Shown in pieces: positions 1-13,326 of a stretch of DNA of 64,000 bases. Source of the stretch: Hypanus sabinus (lineage: Eukaryota); contig NC_082711.1 in assembly GCF_030144855.1 (NCBI RefSeq), forward strand, positions 26,040,001 through 26,104,000, in the 5' to 3' direction. The position numbers and the translations under genes are program-made. Position 1 is the stretch's first letter, and every line of letters starts with the position of its first letter. The notes beneath the pieces are model-generated. The model saw only the letters and a list, made by a program, of their open reading frames with translations, was not told the origin of the DNA and did no database searches.

Positions 1-31
1 CTGGTTGCTAACTGTGTTGTTTCTTCAACAG

Positions 32-155
32 AATCCTCCAGAATTTCAGCCACCTATTCCAGTCCCTGCTAACTTTAATCAGCCACCCAGGCAACCACTT
101 CAGGAGCCATGGAGAGGGCCACACCCACAGGAGAGAGAGCCCTTTTTCATTGGTG
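32..155 (+). CDS. RBM33: RBM33 internal coding exon (NPPEFQPPIPVPANFNQPPRQPLQEPWRGPHPQEREPFFIG)
   Basis: Acceptor ttcttcaacag ends at 31; donor G|gtaag at 156; ends in phase 1. Resembles human RBM33 GPPEF...QPPRLPLQDQWRAPPPPQDRDPFFLG (recalled). Confidence 0.88.
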
Positions 156-369
156 GTAAGAAATTGAGAAATGCATTTTAAAAGAGATGCCGATATCAGT
201 AAAATGTTTTATTCTTGTAACAATGAAAATTGTGAACAGTTTAAAAAATAATGATGTTGGATTATTGTTTTATTAAGTAGATTTTGCATGCAATTGTTGA
301 TTTGCAGTTTTAAAGATGTAATAACTTAGTGCCATTCTACCCATAATTAATGGATGGTTGAATTCACAG

Positions 370-689
370 ATTCAAGATTCCAAGGACAACATATGTTTGA
401 ACAGCGGAGTCCTCCTCCCCCACTTATGAACAATCATGCAATGTCTTTACAACCTCCTATGGTGTACAGCCATCCAAACCCAGGTTTCAACCAGCAGGGG
501 CAACATCATATGTTTCCCAGGGAAGCTTCACTGAGAAATAATCTTCAGCCCCAAGGTCATATGGGGATGCCTCCCTTTAACCAACCTGGTCCATTAGCAC
601 CAAGACCATTCATTCCTCCAAGACAGCAATTTCCACAAGCACCTGGACAGCCATTTCCACCATCTCCCCACATTCAGCAAAATTTACAG
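370..689 (+). CDS. RBM33: RBM33 internal coding exon, Pro/Gln-rich (DSRFQGQHMFEQRSPPPP...RPFIPPRQQF...QQNLQ)
   Basis: Acceptor ttcacag ends at 369 and completes the phase-1 codon G|AT; donor CAG|gtatga at 690; same frame as ORF 354-695. EQRSPPPP, FNQQGQ and RPFIPPRQ match RBM33. Confidence 0.9.
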
Positions 690-1639
690 GTATGAAGAAA
701 TGAATAGTAAATATCAACACCAAGAATTAACCATAGAGTTGCCATTTATTGTTAATGGAATGTTATAAAAATGAGTGAAAATTTTGGAATATTTTGTGCA
801 CTGAAATTGTGAGGATCATATTTTAGTTTGCAGTGCATTAACATACCTGTTATTTTTAAAAATGTAATGATTGACATTGTGAACCAATATTCAAAGTATA
901 CTAGGTAAACATTCACATAAGTTACAGTATAGTTGAAACTGCTTGCCAGAAAGAATTATCTGAGTTCTGGGTGTGCATGGAACATGAAATTAACACTATT
1001 TGCTGTGAAAAATGTCTGGAGAGCATGATTGAGGAAGATTAGGGCGCCCTCTACTGCTACATGGTAAATAGAGCTTTGCCAATAGTGCACCGAGGGTTGA
1101 TATGTCTAGGAAATACATTTGGTTGATTGTTAAACGGTGTAAAATACAAAAGCATAATTTTAAAATTCAGCGATCCCTAAGAATAGGCTTCTGAAATTCC
1201 TTTGTTTTTGTACAAAGTATTTTCTGATTAAAAATCTAAGTTTATTGAACAAATAATTGTATGACTCTTTTACAATTGATTTTGCAAAACAAGCAATAAT
1301 GTGCAGTATAATGTGCCTATTGGATAACTCGGGGTGATTTTTGAGCATATGGATTATTGCAATGCTAATTGCTGCAGTATATTCAGGATACTAAATTTAC
1401 TGAAGCAATCATGATGCACATTTGTAAACACATTTAGCTATTAATGTAATCACATAATTAAGAATAAATGAAAATGATTTGACTTGGTTAATGTGGAATG
1501 AAAAATTGGCTGTTTGTAATATAGAAAAAGTAGAGTGTGGAGGAGTCAAATGAATTACACATTCTTCTTTTTCTATGTACTAATATTTCTGTTCCCATAT
1601 TATATAACAGGCACTTCTGCAAGGCATTGTACAGAGTAC

Positions 1640-1970
1640 TTGCAGGACTTGAGTAAGGAACAAATGGTTTTGTCTACTCTGAGCCCAGGTGTCACATGTG
1701 TTGAGTTCACATGTTCTCCCTGTGGCTGCTCGAGTTTCCTCTTGTGCTCCTGTTTCCTCTCGCACCTCAAAAACATGCATGCTGGTGCATTAGTTAGCAG
1801 CTGTAAGTTGTCTCTAATGTGTAGGTGAAATGGTAGGTTTGTGAGTTGTTGTGGAGAGATACTGTATAGTGCATCAGAGAATTTATGGTGTGTCTAAATT
1901 GGCGGTTGATTATTAATGCAAACTTGGTGGGCTGAAGTGTCTCTGTTTCCATTCAGCATTTCTCTATGAT
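1640..1970 (+). mobile_element. Decayed V-SINE (HE1-like)
   Basis: V-domain-like gagttcacatgttctccctgtggct...tttcctc...gtgctcctgtttcctc and a CR1-type tail ending ctctatga. Confidence 0.7.
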
Positions 1971-1976
1971 GACATT

Positions 1977-2462
1977 CCCTCAGTGACCATTTTATTAGAT
2001 ACACTTGTACAATTGTTTAATAAGTATATATAATCAGCCAAGTGTGTGAGGTTCAGTTGTTGTTCAGACCAAACATCAGAATAGGGAGGAAATGTAATCT
2101 AAACAACTTAGATGGTGGAATAATCTTTGTTGCCAGACGGGGTAGTTTGAGTATCCCAGAAGCTGCTGATATCCTGGGATTTTCATGCACAACAGTCTCT
2201 ACAGTTTAAGAGAATTGTACAAAATGGTGCATGACAGTTCCAAGGGCAAAAACACTTTGTGTTTGAGGTCAGAGGAGAATGGCCAGACTGGATCAAGCTG
2301 ACAGGAAGGTGACAGTAATTCAAATACCATGTGTTAAAACAGTGGTGTGCAGGAGGGCACCTCTGAATGGACAACACATTGAACCTTGATGTGGGTGGGC
2401 TACAGCAGCAGAAGACCACATGGGGTTCCACTCCTGGACCTAGTAAATATGCAACTGAGTAT
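1977..2462. mobile_element. Non-autonomous Tc1-derived element, copy 1
   Basis: Decayed TIRs ctcagtgaccattttattag / ctagtaaatatgcaactgag; colinear with the copy at 54031-54547. Confidence 0.7.
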
Positions 2463-2652
2463 GCGTTTGTTCATAATCAGAGTCAAGTTCATTACCACTG
2501 TTATATGTTGTAAAATGTGTTGTTTTGTGGCAGCAATACAGTGCAAAACATAAAATATACTATAAATTATAATAAGCTTATTTCTGAACACAGGTGAATA
2601 AGCTTTCCTGTTATTGAAATGTTAACCACTTTATTTTCTTTTAATTTTTCAG

Positions 2653-2823
2653 CCTCCCATGCAGTTGCAGCCATTGCCACAACACCAGAATAGCTGTTCT
2701 CCCCAGCCGATCATTCCCAATGCTCCACATCAGTTTAGGCCGCACTTACAGATTCTTAACACATCTGTAAATGACAAGCGACCTCAACGCCCACAACGGC
2801 AGAATATAATGAAGCTTCGACAT
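2653..2823 (+). CDS. RBM33: RBM33 internal coding exon (PPMQLQPLPQ...QFRPHLQ...MKLRH)
   Basis: Strong acceptor ttttctttaatttttcag; donor CAT|gtaagc; 171 nt, phase 0-0; QFRPH and LRH correspond to human RBM33. Confidence 0.85.
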
Positions 2824-5239
2824 GTAAGCACCATTTTCATTTCAGAGAAGTTTCTCAAAATTATAAAGTATGAAACCTAATTTTAACTTAACTGAACTAT
2901 AATCTAACTTTTTTATAACCTGAAAGCAGAATTCTCGCAGATACATTTACTCCATGATGCTTCCCTTGGTGTGTGGCACTGGGTTTAGGGTAATTGATGT
3001 GTTTTCATATACCTATTGACAACACAGTGACCACATTTCCTCAGCAGAAAACGAAAAAATTGCTGCTTGTAATGAAAAGTAGTTCTTTGATCAAAGAACT
3101 TATCAGTTTGGCATTTCTGAGTTGTTTGCCTCGGAACAGAGAAACAACATCAGTAGAGGTATCTTGATATTCTGCTATTGTTTTGTGTAAAGGCCTGTTA
3201 TTTGAAGAGATCTCCAATGTCGTGCATTCAGACGTACACTGCAAGATTATTACCTTGTAAGCAGTTGCTTTCTGAACAGTCTGTCAACTATCGGTTGAAG
3301 TTTCTGTTCTGTGGTTAGCCACTAGTTGCAAAAGACAAACAGTTTCTGGTAATTTGTCAGTCATCAAGCTTCATGGCCTGTAGCTTCAGGGCATCTAAGA
3401 TTCAGCATAATGTGAAGAACTGCAAAACTGACGTGGAGTAAAGGACTGGAGAATAAAAAATCAATACAGGTTTATTGGAGCATATAAATTTTTAAGAATT
3501 ATAAAGGTCATTTGATTCAATCGACAAATCTCTTTTTAGTTATTCTTAACTCCATCTTCCAGCTTTTTTTCTTATTTCCCATTTCCTCTCATTTTTAATT
3601 AGTTTATGATCTTTACTTCAAAAGTATTTCTTGGTTTCTTATCTCTGTTTTCATTGTGTAAAATATACCTGTCTGAATTCTGTCCACCCCATAATTTTTT
3701 AAGCTTTTTTCCATTGTGAACAGTTTTCCTCGACTTGGATCAACTTCACCAACCCCATGAATAATTTTGGAAACATGTTCTTGTTGGAAAAGGTAATCAA
3801 ATTCAAGTCTAATTTCAGTTGCACACTCACAAAAATAGCTTCCAAAGTGGAAATGACTAATCACTAAGTAATATATTTGGTCTAACTTAGAATTTGATTT
3901 TATTCCTCCATTTATAAATATTTTCCCATTGATAGTGCACTAATATTCATTTTTGCACCTAAACACAGCATCAATAATTTGCATGATTTTTTACTATATA
4001 AACAGTGCTTTAATGTCCTAAACAAACGTATGAAAACAGATTATAAATGCTCAACTTATTGTGTGCATCACCTTCATATTGTTAAAACGTGAGCCCATCC
4101 GACAACTTAATTTCCTCTGGATCTACGGTCTCAAAGAGATGTGATTCTCAGCGCTGCTTGAAAGCAGTCACCAGACCCTGACTGTCCTTATTTCCAGTAT
4201 CCCTAATGATGCTGCCACTTACATACCTTAGCAACCGAGCCTTTGACATTTATACTAAATTCTAGATTTCAGCAAGAACTGTAAAGTGTTGGGATAGCTG
4301 GTAAACACTGATGTCCAGTCGAAAATGACACTGAGGTGAACTGGGTGCATGGTGTAAACTGTCAGGATATGGTGCACGGCTACTTAACATTGAAAAAAGC
4401 TTCTCAAAATTTAAATATTTGATGTGTGAAGCAAGTGAGAGAAAAATAAGATTTAGTATTGCGCAGAATGAGGAGAGGAGGAAAGGTCATAGATGAACAA
4501 AGCCAGTGGGACATTTGTGCTCATCTGCTGCATGCAGTGCAAATATAAAAGACTAGATTTCCTTAGCATCTGCCCGACAGTCTAACTGACCAGTAAGGTT
4601 GGTGAGAATATAATGGTGCCTTCAAGTGGTCTTGGGAACCATCATCTTTTGATCCTCTGCCTTCTGGCAGTTTTCTCAAATTATGTTAGAAATTTACTTT
4701 GAAGTTTGTGCATGCAGTCGATAGACTATTTTGTTTTAATTTTCAATTCATTTTTGAACTTTTTTTAATATGATAAATTTAATACATAATTTACTTTTTT
4801 TGCTAACATTTAATTAGCGGCCATAAGACTCAGTGATTTTTGCCAAGTGTGGTAATGTCTTCTCTACTTATGGGAAAAGTACCTGCTTTTCTTTGGGTCT
4901 GTTGCCCCCTACAGATCCAAACTTGTTAATTTAATTTTTCACATCACCCTGAAATTGGCTTAATCTTGATCAACCAGAACTGGAGCAGGTGGAGGGCCAA
5001 GAGACGCTAAACCTACCCAATCCCTTCTATTTGAGGAAATCCCTGTCTTCTGAGGCGACAGCTTCAATATTTGTACTTGTAATTTGATTCAGATGTGGTA
5101 AATATTCCTTTTCAGCACATGGATTGCCTTACTGAAAGTTATCTTGACATTTTTTTTAGCCAGAGGGTCAAATTATATTTAGGTTAGGAACATTTTGCGT
5201 TTATCAGCAAATTGTAGTTAGTTCATGTGCAATCTTATA

Positions 5240-5750
5240 TTTTTTATTGAAGGAATGACACAATATATTATACATAATGCATTACATTTTCCTCCATTTT
5301 GCTTTTATATCTTACCCCTAAACAAAACTCCCCTCACCCACCCTCCCCAAACGTACCATGGCAGCTAATGTATTTACAATAGAACACTTCACAAATACAA
5401 GTACGGACATTTCACAGCCATACCCCCACACTACTTCAAGACGAAGGCCCACACACATCCACAACACGTCAGATGATCCAGAATACACTCAAATTACAAT
5501 TCATCAGCCACCCTGTGAGGTAAACCATATGCGTGTTAAAAGGGAGGCAACTTCCCAAGTACAATCAAATGCCCTCACCTAGTAGGTAATTCCTTAAGAC
5601 TCCCAAAATATTGACAAGAAAGATCCCCATTTCGAATATAACTTTTTCACAGACCCCCTCAAAGTGAATTTAATCTTTTCTAATTTCAGAAAAAACATTA
5701 CATCCTCTCACCAAGCAGCAGCAGATGGAAGAGAGTGGCAGATTTCCAGC
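5240..5750 (-). mobile_element. L1-clade LINE 3' fragment
   Basis: The minus strand reads DVMFFLKLEKIKFTLRGSVKKLYSKWGSFL (L1 ORF2 C-terminus), followed by a 3' UTR and AATAAA. Confidence 0.7.
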
Positions 5751-6576
5751 AATCTTAAGTACTGAATTAAAGTAGTTCATTTAGGGAAAAAAATAACAGC
5801 TAGAGTACTCATTTAGTGAATAATTTTTTGTAAGGAAAAGATGAGAGTGAATGTCCATTTGATTACTGTACTGACAGTATTTCCAATATTTTCTTTTACT
5901 ATCATTGCAAAACCGGTTGGAAATAATCTCGCTTATTTTTGTGTTTTTTTTTGGAATGTCCAAGTTAGTTAATTTGCAGTGGAAAGAGGAAAATTCTAAT
6001 TTGGCTACTCCATCCTTTAGTACTCAGCCTATTTTTTTTAAGAACGACAAAGGAAAAACAATGCCTTGTATAGGAATTTGCTTAATTTGAAGGAGTATTG
6101 CACCATGATTTCAATAATTATTCTGTATATGTATTTGACTCACTTTGTGAATGCTTCCAGACAAATCCCCATTCACTGGAGAGGCTCAGGAATTCGGAAT
6201 AGCCCCAGCATTTTATTTCCAAGTTTTGATGCAAATGCTAGGAAATGGAACCAAGACTTCCCTTTTAGATGTTTGTTTTGTAATGAACTTTGGTAATTTG
6301 TTGGATATTTCGAATTGATTTGAGCCCTGTCAGTATTATGTGAATTACCCAGTCTTTTAGAGTTGTCTGAAAAATGAATTTTTTAACAAAACATTTTGTC
6401 ATTTGTCCTATTTATTGTAGTTCATTCATAACATGTAAACATCTTGAGCAAAGCCAAGATCTTGTGCCTTCAGAAGGTGGTGATGACTTGATTTGTGGCA
6501 GTCTATATGAAAGTCTTTTCACATTGCTGTTAAATGAAGATTATAATCAAATGATATTTTTCCAAGTCAGGGTATA

Positions 6577-7349
6577 CAGTGGATTCCAGTTAATTGGGAC
6601 ACATTGGGACCAGTACATTTTGGCCCAATTAAGCAGCTGCCCCAGTTTGCTAAAGTTTCATGTAAATAGTTAAAAATGGACACAAATGATGAACTGCCAT
6701 TTAACTGAGTAACAAATTATGTATTTAAATTAAATACAGATGGAATTAGAACACTAACTATACTACTACTGCACTATAAACCTGTAGTCCTTAATGTTTA
6801 TCAATAGAAATATTCCATGCGCTGCTTTGTCCTTTTGATTGTAAATTGATGCCGTCATATAATGCTATCAACAATGTCATCCTCCAAATCTTCATTTTGA
6901 TTGTAATGTTTAAGGTGGTTGTCGATAACTTCAAATTGTTTGTGATTATGAAGTAGTGAAATCATTTCATTTTCACTCCCGGCTGTTTCTGGCATTTCTA
7001 AGCTTGAATGCTTGAAACTGCAGTGAGCAAAACTATTTCAGGTTGTCTTACTGCTTATTTCTCATCAACTATCTGTGATAAAAATCACTGTTTTGTGAAT
7101 ACACACATGCAACTGACGCTATTTCACTCTAAGCATGGTGTAAGGTCTGATGGCTACACAAATTCATGTTGACTGGTGCTAGTTAGAAGGTTCAGCAACA
7201 GTACACTCTCCTAGTTGAGTGGCATAGTATCCCAAATAAACGAAGGGAATCCTGGCTATTTTCTCGATTCATTTTTATTCTCTTAAACAGTTGTCCCAAA
7301 TAAGCGGCTGCCCGGATTAACTAATGGCCCAATTAACCAGAATCTGCTA
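6577..7349. mobile_element. pogo/Tigger-type MITE
   Basis: TA then cagtggattccagttaattggg at the left end; cccaattaaccagaatctgcta at the right end; subterminal repeats (aagcagctgcc / aagcggctgcc). Confidence 0.7.
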
Positions 7350-8591
7350 TTTTCATTTCAGTATTGCTCTTTGGTGCACAATAGATCAGTCACTTCTTGA
7401 GTTGATTCTTTATGACCTACTAACTTAAAAGTCCTAATTTCATACTTTGACCAAAAGCAGATTCCCTTCTATCTTGACTAGGTGACCTTTTCTGCTCTTG
7501 GAAGCAACAATTTTCAGTTGCTTTCCATTAATGCTAACAACTTGCCCAGAAGACTATCAATGAAATAAATTTTAAAAAATAATAAATTTTTCATTTACCC
7601 TTTGTATATAAAGTTGGAATATTTATATTTGAATTGTAATGCTGGTTTTTCCAGATGAAAGCATCAGTTTAAAGCATATAATCCTCAAATCCAAAAGGTT
7701 TAGGCATCTCTAATTAAAATATATTCTGGTTGAAATATACTTCAGTCATTTTATATCATCATATCGCCACTTTCTTTCCACATGTGCCTAAGTTCTCATT
7801 TGTGTTTAGAGTGTATGTGATCGATATTAATTATTTGCCTGCTGGGTGGGAGCAGTTAGAATTGGTGAATTAATTTAATAGCTGAAAGTTGTTTTGTCCT
7901 ACCTAGGGCCATTTCCTGCTTACACATTTTCTAAATAATTTGTTCAAGGGTTTGTGGATCACCGGCAAGTCTAACCCAAATTGCCCTTGAAGACTTTTTA
8001 TTCCACCTTCAGGAGCTTGACTAGACATTAAGATCTCGGTGGCACAATCTCAAAATGAGATGTTGGCCTCTTCAGAAAGAGATGAGAAATTTCTTTATCC
8101 AGATAATGATATATCTTTGGAATTCTCTACCCAGTAGGCTTGTGTGCATACTCGGTCACTGAGTATCTTCAATATTGAACTTAATATGTGTTCAGATTTT
8201 AAGAGAGCCAAGAAGGATGAGGTAAATGCTGGCACATGTCACTGAGGTAAAATCTACTAACCTACTATAGCAGAGTTGGCACATGGGCTGAGTGGCCTAT
8301 TCTTGGTTCTGCTAAGTTCTTACTTTAGTTAAATTTCTTAGCTGCCATTGTTGAACTCAAATGTGTCACTCACTAATTAATTGAGAATTGCCAATCCGCT
8401 ACATAGCCACTATACCCCCATACCCTTGATGGTAGAGCTTAGAATTAAGCTGATTTTTTAATGTTTCATTAAAATTGGGCAAAGTTAAGCCCAAAAAGGA
8501 ATGAAATATGAGAATATTGTGACATTTCACTAACTCTTTATTTGATTGAACTTTTATCTGAAATATTCCTATACATTTCTGTTACCTGCAG

Positions 8592-8918
8592 AATATGCCT
8601 GGTATGCAAAACATGAATAAGCTTCCAAATCAATTCCAGGCCTCTCCTCAACGGAACAGCAATCTCCGTGAATTGCCTATTGCTCCTCATAATAGTACTC
8701 CCAAACATCAGCGTCCTATGTCAGCCCCTGCTGCTCAAGCTACAACTGTTTCGTGGACGAAATCTACTGTCTCAACTACAAATGCAACTCGAATGAAACA
8801 GACTGCTCAAAGTGCATCTACTGTTCAGGCTGCATCAGGAGACAGAGCGCAGCAGAAGGTCTTGCAGCAAAAAAACAAGAAGCAAAAACCAGTATCAAAT
8901 GATTCTACAGTGGGAGAG
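8592..8918 (+). CDS. RBM33: RBM33 internal coding exon (NMPGMQ...RNSNLRELPIAP...TVGE)
   Basis: Acceptor ttctgttacctgcag; donor GAG|gttaga; 327 nt, phase 0-0; RNSNLRELPIAP is an RBM33 motif. Confidence 0.9.
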
Positions 8919-9134
8919 GTTAGAATTTTTTAAACTATATTTGTCAATGCATCCTTTGAGATTTAGGATAAACTTAGTGCAAGTGGGCAAACTGATTTCT
9001 GATCTTTTCAGTCTTTGTGTGAAATGTAATGATCACATTGGATATTACAAGTTTTGAATTTGATGTTTGAAAAGTAGTATTTGATTTAATTGATTATGCA
9101 TATTTTTAGTTACATTTTGGGACAGTTATTGATA

Positions 9135-9830
9135 CTATTGGTAACTTGGTTTATTATTGTCACATACTGAGGTACAGAGAAGAATTTGTACCTCCATACA
9201 GATCAATTTATTGTAACTGTGAAATGAAGTAGTATAAAGTAAAATGCAGAATAAAATGTGCAGTGTAAAGAAAGCGCAGTGTGGGTAGACAGGAAGCTGC
9301 AGAGTCACAATGTAGATGGTTAAGATCAAGAGTTCATCTTAGCATATTATAGAAATATACAAAACTCATATAACAGTTGGGTAGAAGCTGTTCTTGCACT
9401 TGGTAGTATGTTCTTTCAGGCTTTCATATCGTCTGCCCAGTGGGAAGGGAGGAGAAGAAAGCATGTCCGGGGAGGGTTGGGTCTTTGATAATGGTGGCTA
9501 CCTTATTGAGGCATTGAGTATGGACAGAGTCTTTGGATGGGAGGCTGATTTTCATGATATGTTGAACCTGATTCCACAATTCTCTACAGATTTGTGCAAT
9601 CACGTGCAGAGTAGTTGCCATAACAAACCATGATAAACCATAACAAGCCTGATAGGGTGCTTCTTTGCTGCATTGATAAAAATTGGTGAGGATTAGAGGT
9701 GGACAGTCAAATTTCTTTAGCCTCTGAGGAAGTAGAGGCACTAGTGAGCTTTCTTGGCTGTGGTATCAAAATGGTTGGATCATTACAGGTGATCTTCACT
9801 ACTAGGAATTTGAAACTGTCCTAGGAACTT
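9135..9830 (-). mobile_element. Rex1/Babar LINE 3' remnant
   Basis: Minus ORF 9424-9741 has RLKKF...LTNFYQC...IIKDPTLPGHAFFSSLPTG, the Rex1/Babar post-RT motifs. Confidence 0.75.
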
Positions 9831-12619
9831 AATCTGGTATGAAGTATTTGTTACAGAAGAAGATTCAGTATTATTAGTTTAATAATAGAGAAACACAAAC
9901 TTATATTAGTATAATTAGTATAACTTATATTATATTGTATAACTTTTAAATTTCTGTTCATTGCTATTACCTATCAGGTTTTTGCTTGTTATCTATCAAT
10001 CATTCACTTATTTTGCAGCTAAAATTTACTCTGCTGTAGAAGCAGATGTTAAACATTTCTGAAAGCCTGAAACAGGACTGCCTGAGCAGTTGCCCGAAGG
10101 CCATATGCCACCAAGTACTGCTGTCTACACATTATATATGAACTCAGGAGCATTAGAGGAGCTCTTAAGAAATGGGCTTCAACACCTCTGATATAGGGAG
10201 CTTTCAGATCCAACCATCCAAGCCACACTTGCATTGTGATCCTATATCTTATGGTCTTATATGCAAAGAAGTTATTGATCATTTTGACTCATCCATTCTG
10301 AATGATCCCTTTATTTTCCTTGTGCAGTGTCTAGTTGGTTCCTAAATATTTCTCATAAAATATTCTTCCTTCAGTCAATGTCTTGGAAATAAGTTCTCTG
10401 ATTATTTATTAATTGTGGGGAATCTGTGTATCACTGGCCAAGTCAGAATAAATGGCACATTCCTAATTATCCTTGGAAAGGTGATGGTGAGCTATCTTCT
10501 TGAAGAGTCACACTTTCAGTAAATGTACTGCTGCAATGCTGTTGAGAAGGGACCCTCAAGATCCCAGCAACACTGAGTGAATGGCACTATATTTCCAAGT
10601 CAGGATTGTGTATGACCTTAAGGGAAACATTCAATCTGTGAATTTTCCTTGTATCTACTAGCCCAGCGTTTCTTAGTGATAGAGGTTATGAGTTTGAAAG
10701 ATGCTGTTGGTATTCTCTAGATAAGTAATTGCAATGCATCTTGTACACTGAATCCTGTTATCATCAGTAGTGGAAGGAGTGAATATTTAGGATAGTTGAT
10801 AAGGTACCATTCCAGTGGGCTCTTTAGTTTTGGATTTTGTAGAACCACGAGAAGCTGTTTCCGAGGCAAATACATGGCAGTCCATCAAACTGTTGACCTA
10901 CAGTAGGATGGTAAATGTTGTAAATTTTTTAGGTGTGGGTAGGTACTCCTGTCATCTCAGATACTCAGCTTCTGATCTCCTTTTGTAGCATCAAGACTTA
11001 CATGAATGGCGCATTTGTGTTTCTGGCCAGTAGTGTCATCCATGTTGTTAATGGTGGCGAATACCATGATGTTACTGGCATTAAGCGTCAGGCACAGGTA
11101 CTCTCTCCTGGATAGAAATGGGCATTGCCTGGTACTTTGTGGCATTACTGTTCTTTGCCACATATCAGCTGATGCTTGAATGAGATTCAAGGCTTGTAGT
11201 TTGCAGCTATTGATAACTTTGTTGATGAATTACCAATGAAATTAAACATTGTGCAATTATCAGTGAATATCCTACTTCTTAATATAATAGATGGGAGTAG
11301 GGGGTCATTCATGAATCGGTCTAAGATGCAACTAAAGATGAACTTTTACTCCAATATCATGTTTTAGATTCATACAGCTGAGAAACAGGTCTTTGGTGTA
11401 CCATTTACACTAATCATATCTACCGCCATTTGACTTTAGGCTTTCATGCTACTGTGATTAAAGTGCTTATATGGGTACTTAAATGTTGTTAGAATCTCTG
11501 TCTTCGCTACTTCTTCAGGGAGGGTATTTCAGATTCGTACCATCTTATAGGTGAAAAGATTCTTCCTCAAATCCTGTGAGTTTATTACTTTGAAGTATAA
11601 TATATATTCTCTTAGAGGCAGATGCAGCAGACAGTTTTACCCCAAATGTCTGCCCAAACAGCAGTGAGGAAGCTGATCAATTAACTCTGCTTCAGATTGA
11701 AGTGTGGCTTTCTCTGGGCGTTGTTGAAGATGCTAACTCCGGAACTATATTTGCTTGAACTATTGAAACTTAGTTTTAAGCTGGTGTAGTGATATTGCAT
11801 TCAAATATACTATTGAATTAGAACTAAAATAATAATTAGCATAGAGTTAAAGGCAAGACAGGTGCCAGCTGAAATATCTTTCAGGCAAAGGATTGAGAAA
11901 GGCACTGTTCAATAAGAATTCCATGTAGGCATGTGCAGCATTCTTGGGAAATCAATATCTATTAGTGTTATATAATTGATTTAGAATGCTACTATTTTGT
12001 AAATATTAAAAGGAAAAGCTTGAGGTTATGCAGCTGCCCCAGATATTCCAGGATTCAGGAGCACTTAATTATCCACAGGAATCTTGCAAATGAATAAAAT
12101 AAAAGCTGCAAACACTCAGGAGGGCAGGAAGCATATGTAGGAAGAGAAACAGTTAACATTTTGGGTCTTATGGTCCTTTGTCAGAATTCAGAGTGTCTTG
12201 AACCTGAAACATTAACTTAAATTGTGTGTTTCTTCCCGCAGTTGCTGTCTGACCTCCTGAGTGCCTCTGGCATTTTCTGGTTATACTTAGGATTTGCCAG
12301 CAATTGGAGTTTAAAAAAAAATGTAAATGTAAGAAATGAAAAATATGATCTTGATTAATGTTTCCAATACATTGTGGTCATAATGGAGTTCTGTTTTATA
12401 GAAAGTTGCAACTTAAGATATACTAAAGAACTGCTCCTGCCTGTTTAATGGGATTTTGAAGATCACTGTCTTGAAATCCCTGGTGGATGTCCCTGCCTTT
12501 GTACAAAATATAAGAATAGCTGAAGATAATATTTACCATGTGACTGCACTGCTGCTCTTAGATCTACAGTACAGTGCAAAAGTCTTAAGGCGCATGTAAA
12601 AAATATTGTGTAAAATGAA

Positions 12620-12819
12620 AACACGAGGAAATCTGCAGATGCTGGAAATTCAAACAACACGCACAAAATGCTGGTGGAACACAGCAGGCCAGGCAGCATC
12701 TATAAGGAGAAGCACTGTTGACGTTTCGGGCTGAGATCCTTCGTCAGGACGTCGACAGTGCTTCTCCTTATAGATGCTGCCTGGCCTGCTGTGTTCCACC
12801 AGCATTTTGTGTGTGTTGT
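12620..12819. repeat. Palindromic Penelope-derived element with a minimal hammerhead core on the minus strand
   Basis: 71-bp inverted arms (12654-12724 / 12749-12819). Minus strand 12724-12747 reads CTGACGA-AGGATCTCAGCCC-GAAA, followed by CGTC. Flanking direct repeat ttgtgtaaa(a/g)tgaa. Confidence 0.85.
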
Positions 12820-13326
12820 GTAAAGTGAAGATGCTTTCAAAAATAAAAGTTTCTAAATATCAAAAATATTACAATGAAGAGTAGTAAATAGTAAAAAACT
12901 AAAATCATTATTTGGCATGACCACCCTTTGCATTTAAAACTGCATCAATGCTCTTAAGTACGCAGTCTTGTAATTCTATAAGAAAATTGTCTGGTATGTT
13001 GTTCCAAGCATTTTGGATGACTTACCACAGTTCTTCTGCAGACTTTGGCTGTCATGTCATGCTTGTTTCTGTCTGTCCAGGTAACCCTAGACAGTCTAGA
13101 TGATGCTGAGATCAGGGTGCTGTGGAGACCATAGCTTCAGTTGCAGAACTCCTTGTTCTTTTCTTTGAAGATAGTTCTTTATGAACTTGGCTGTTTTGGG
13201 GTCATTGTCCTGCTGCAGAATAAAATTGGGACTGATGAGATGCTTCCCTAATGGTATTGTGTGATGGATGAGAATCTGCTTGTACTTCTCAGCATTGAGG
13301 ATTCCATTAATTCTGACCAGATCACC

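Noticed and set aside
10400-11300. Old LINE-like remnant on the minus strand
   Set aside because: Looks repetitive but is too decayed to assign a family or boundaries by eye.
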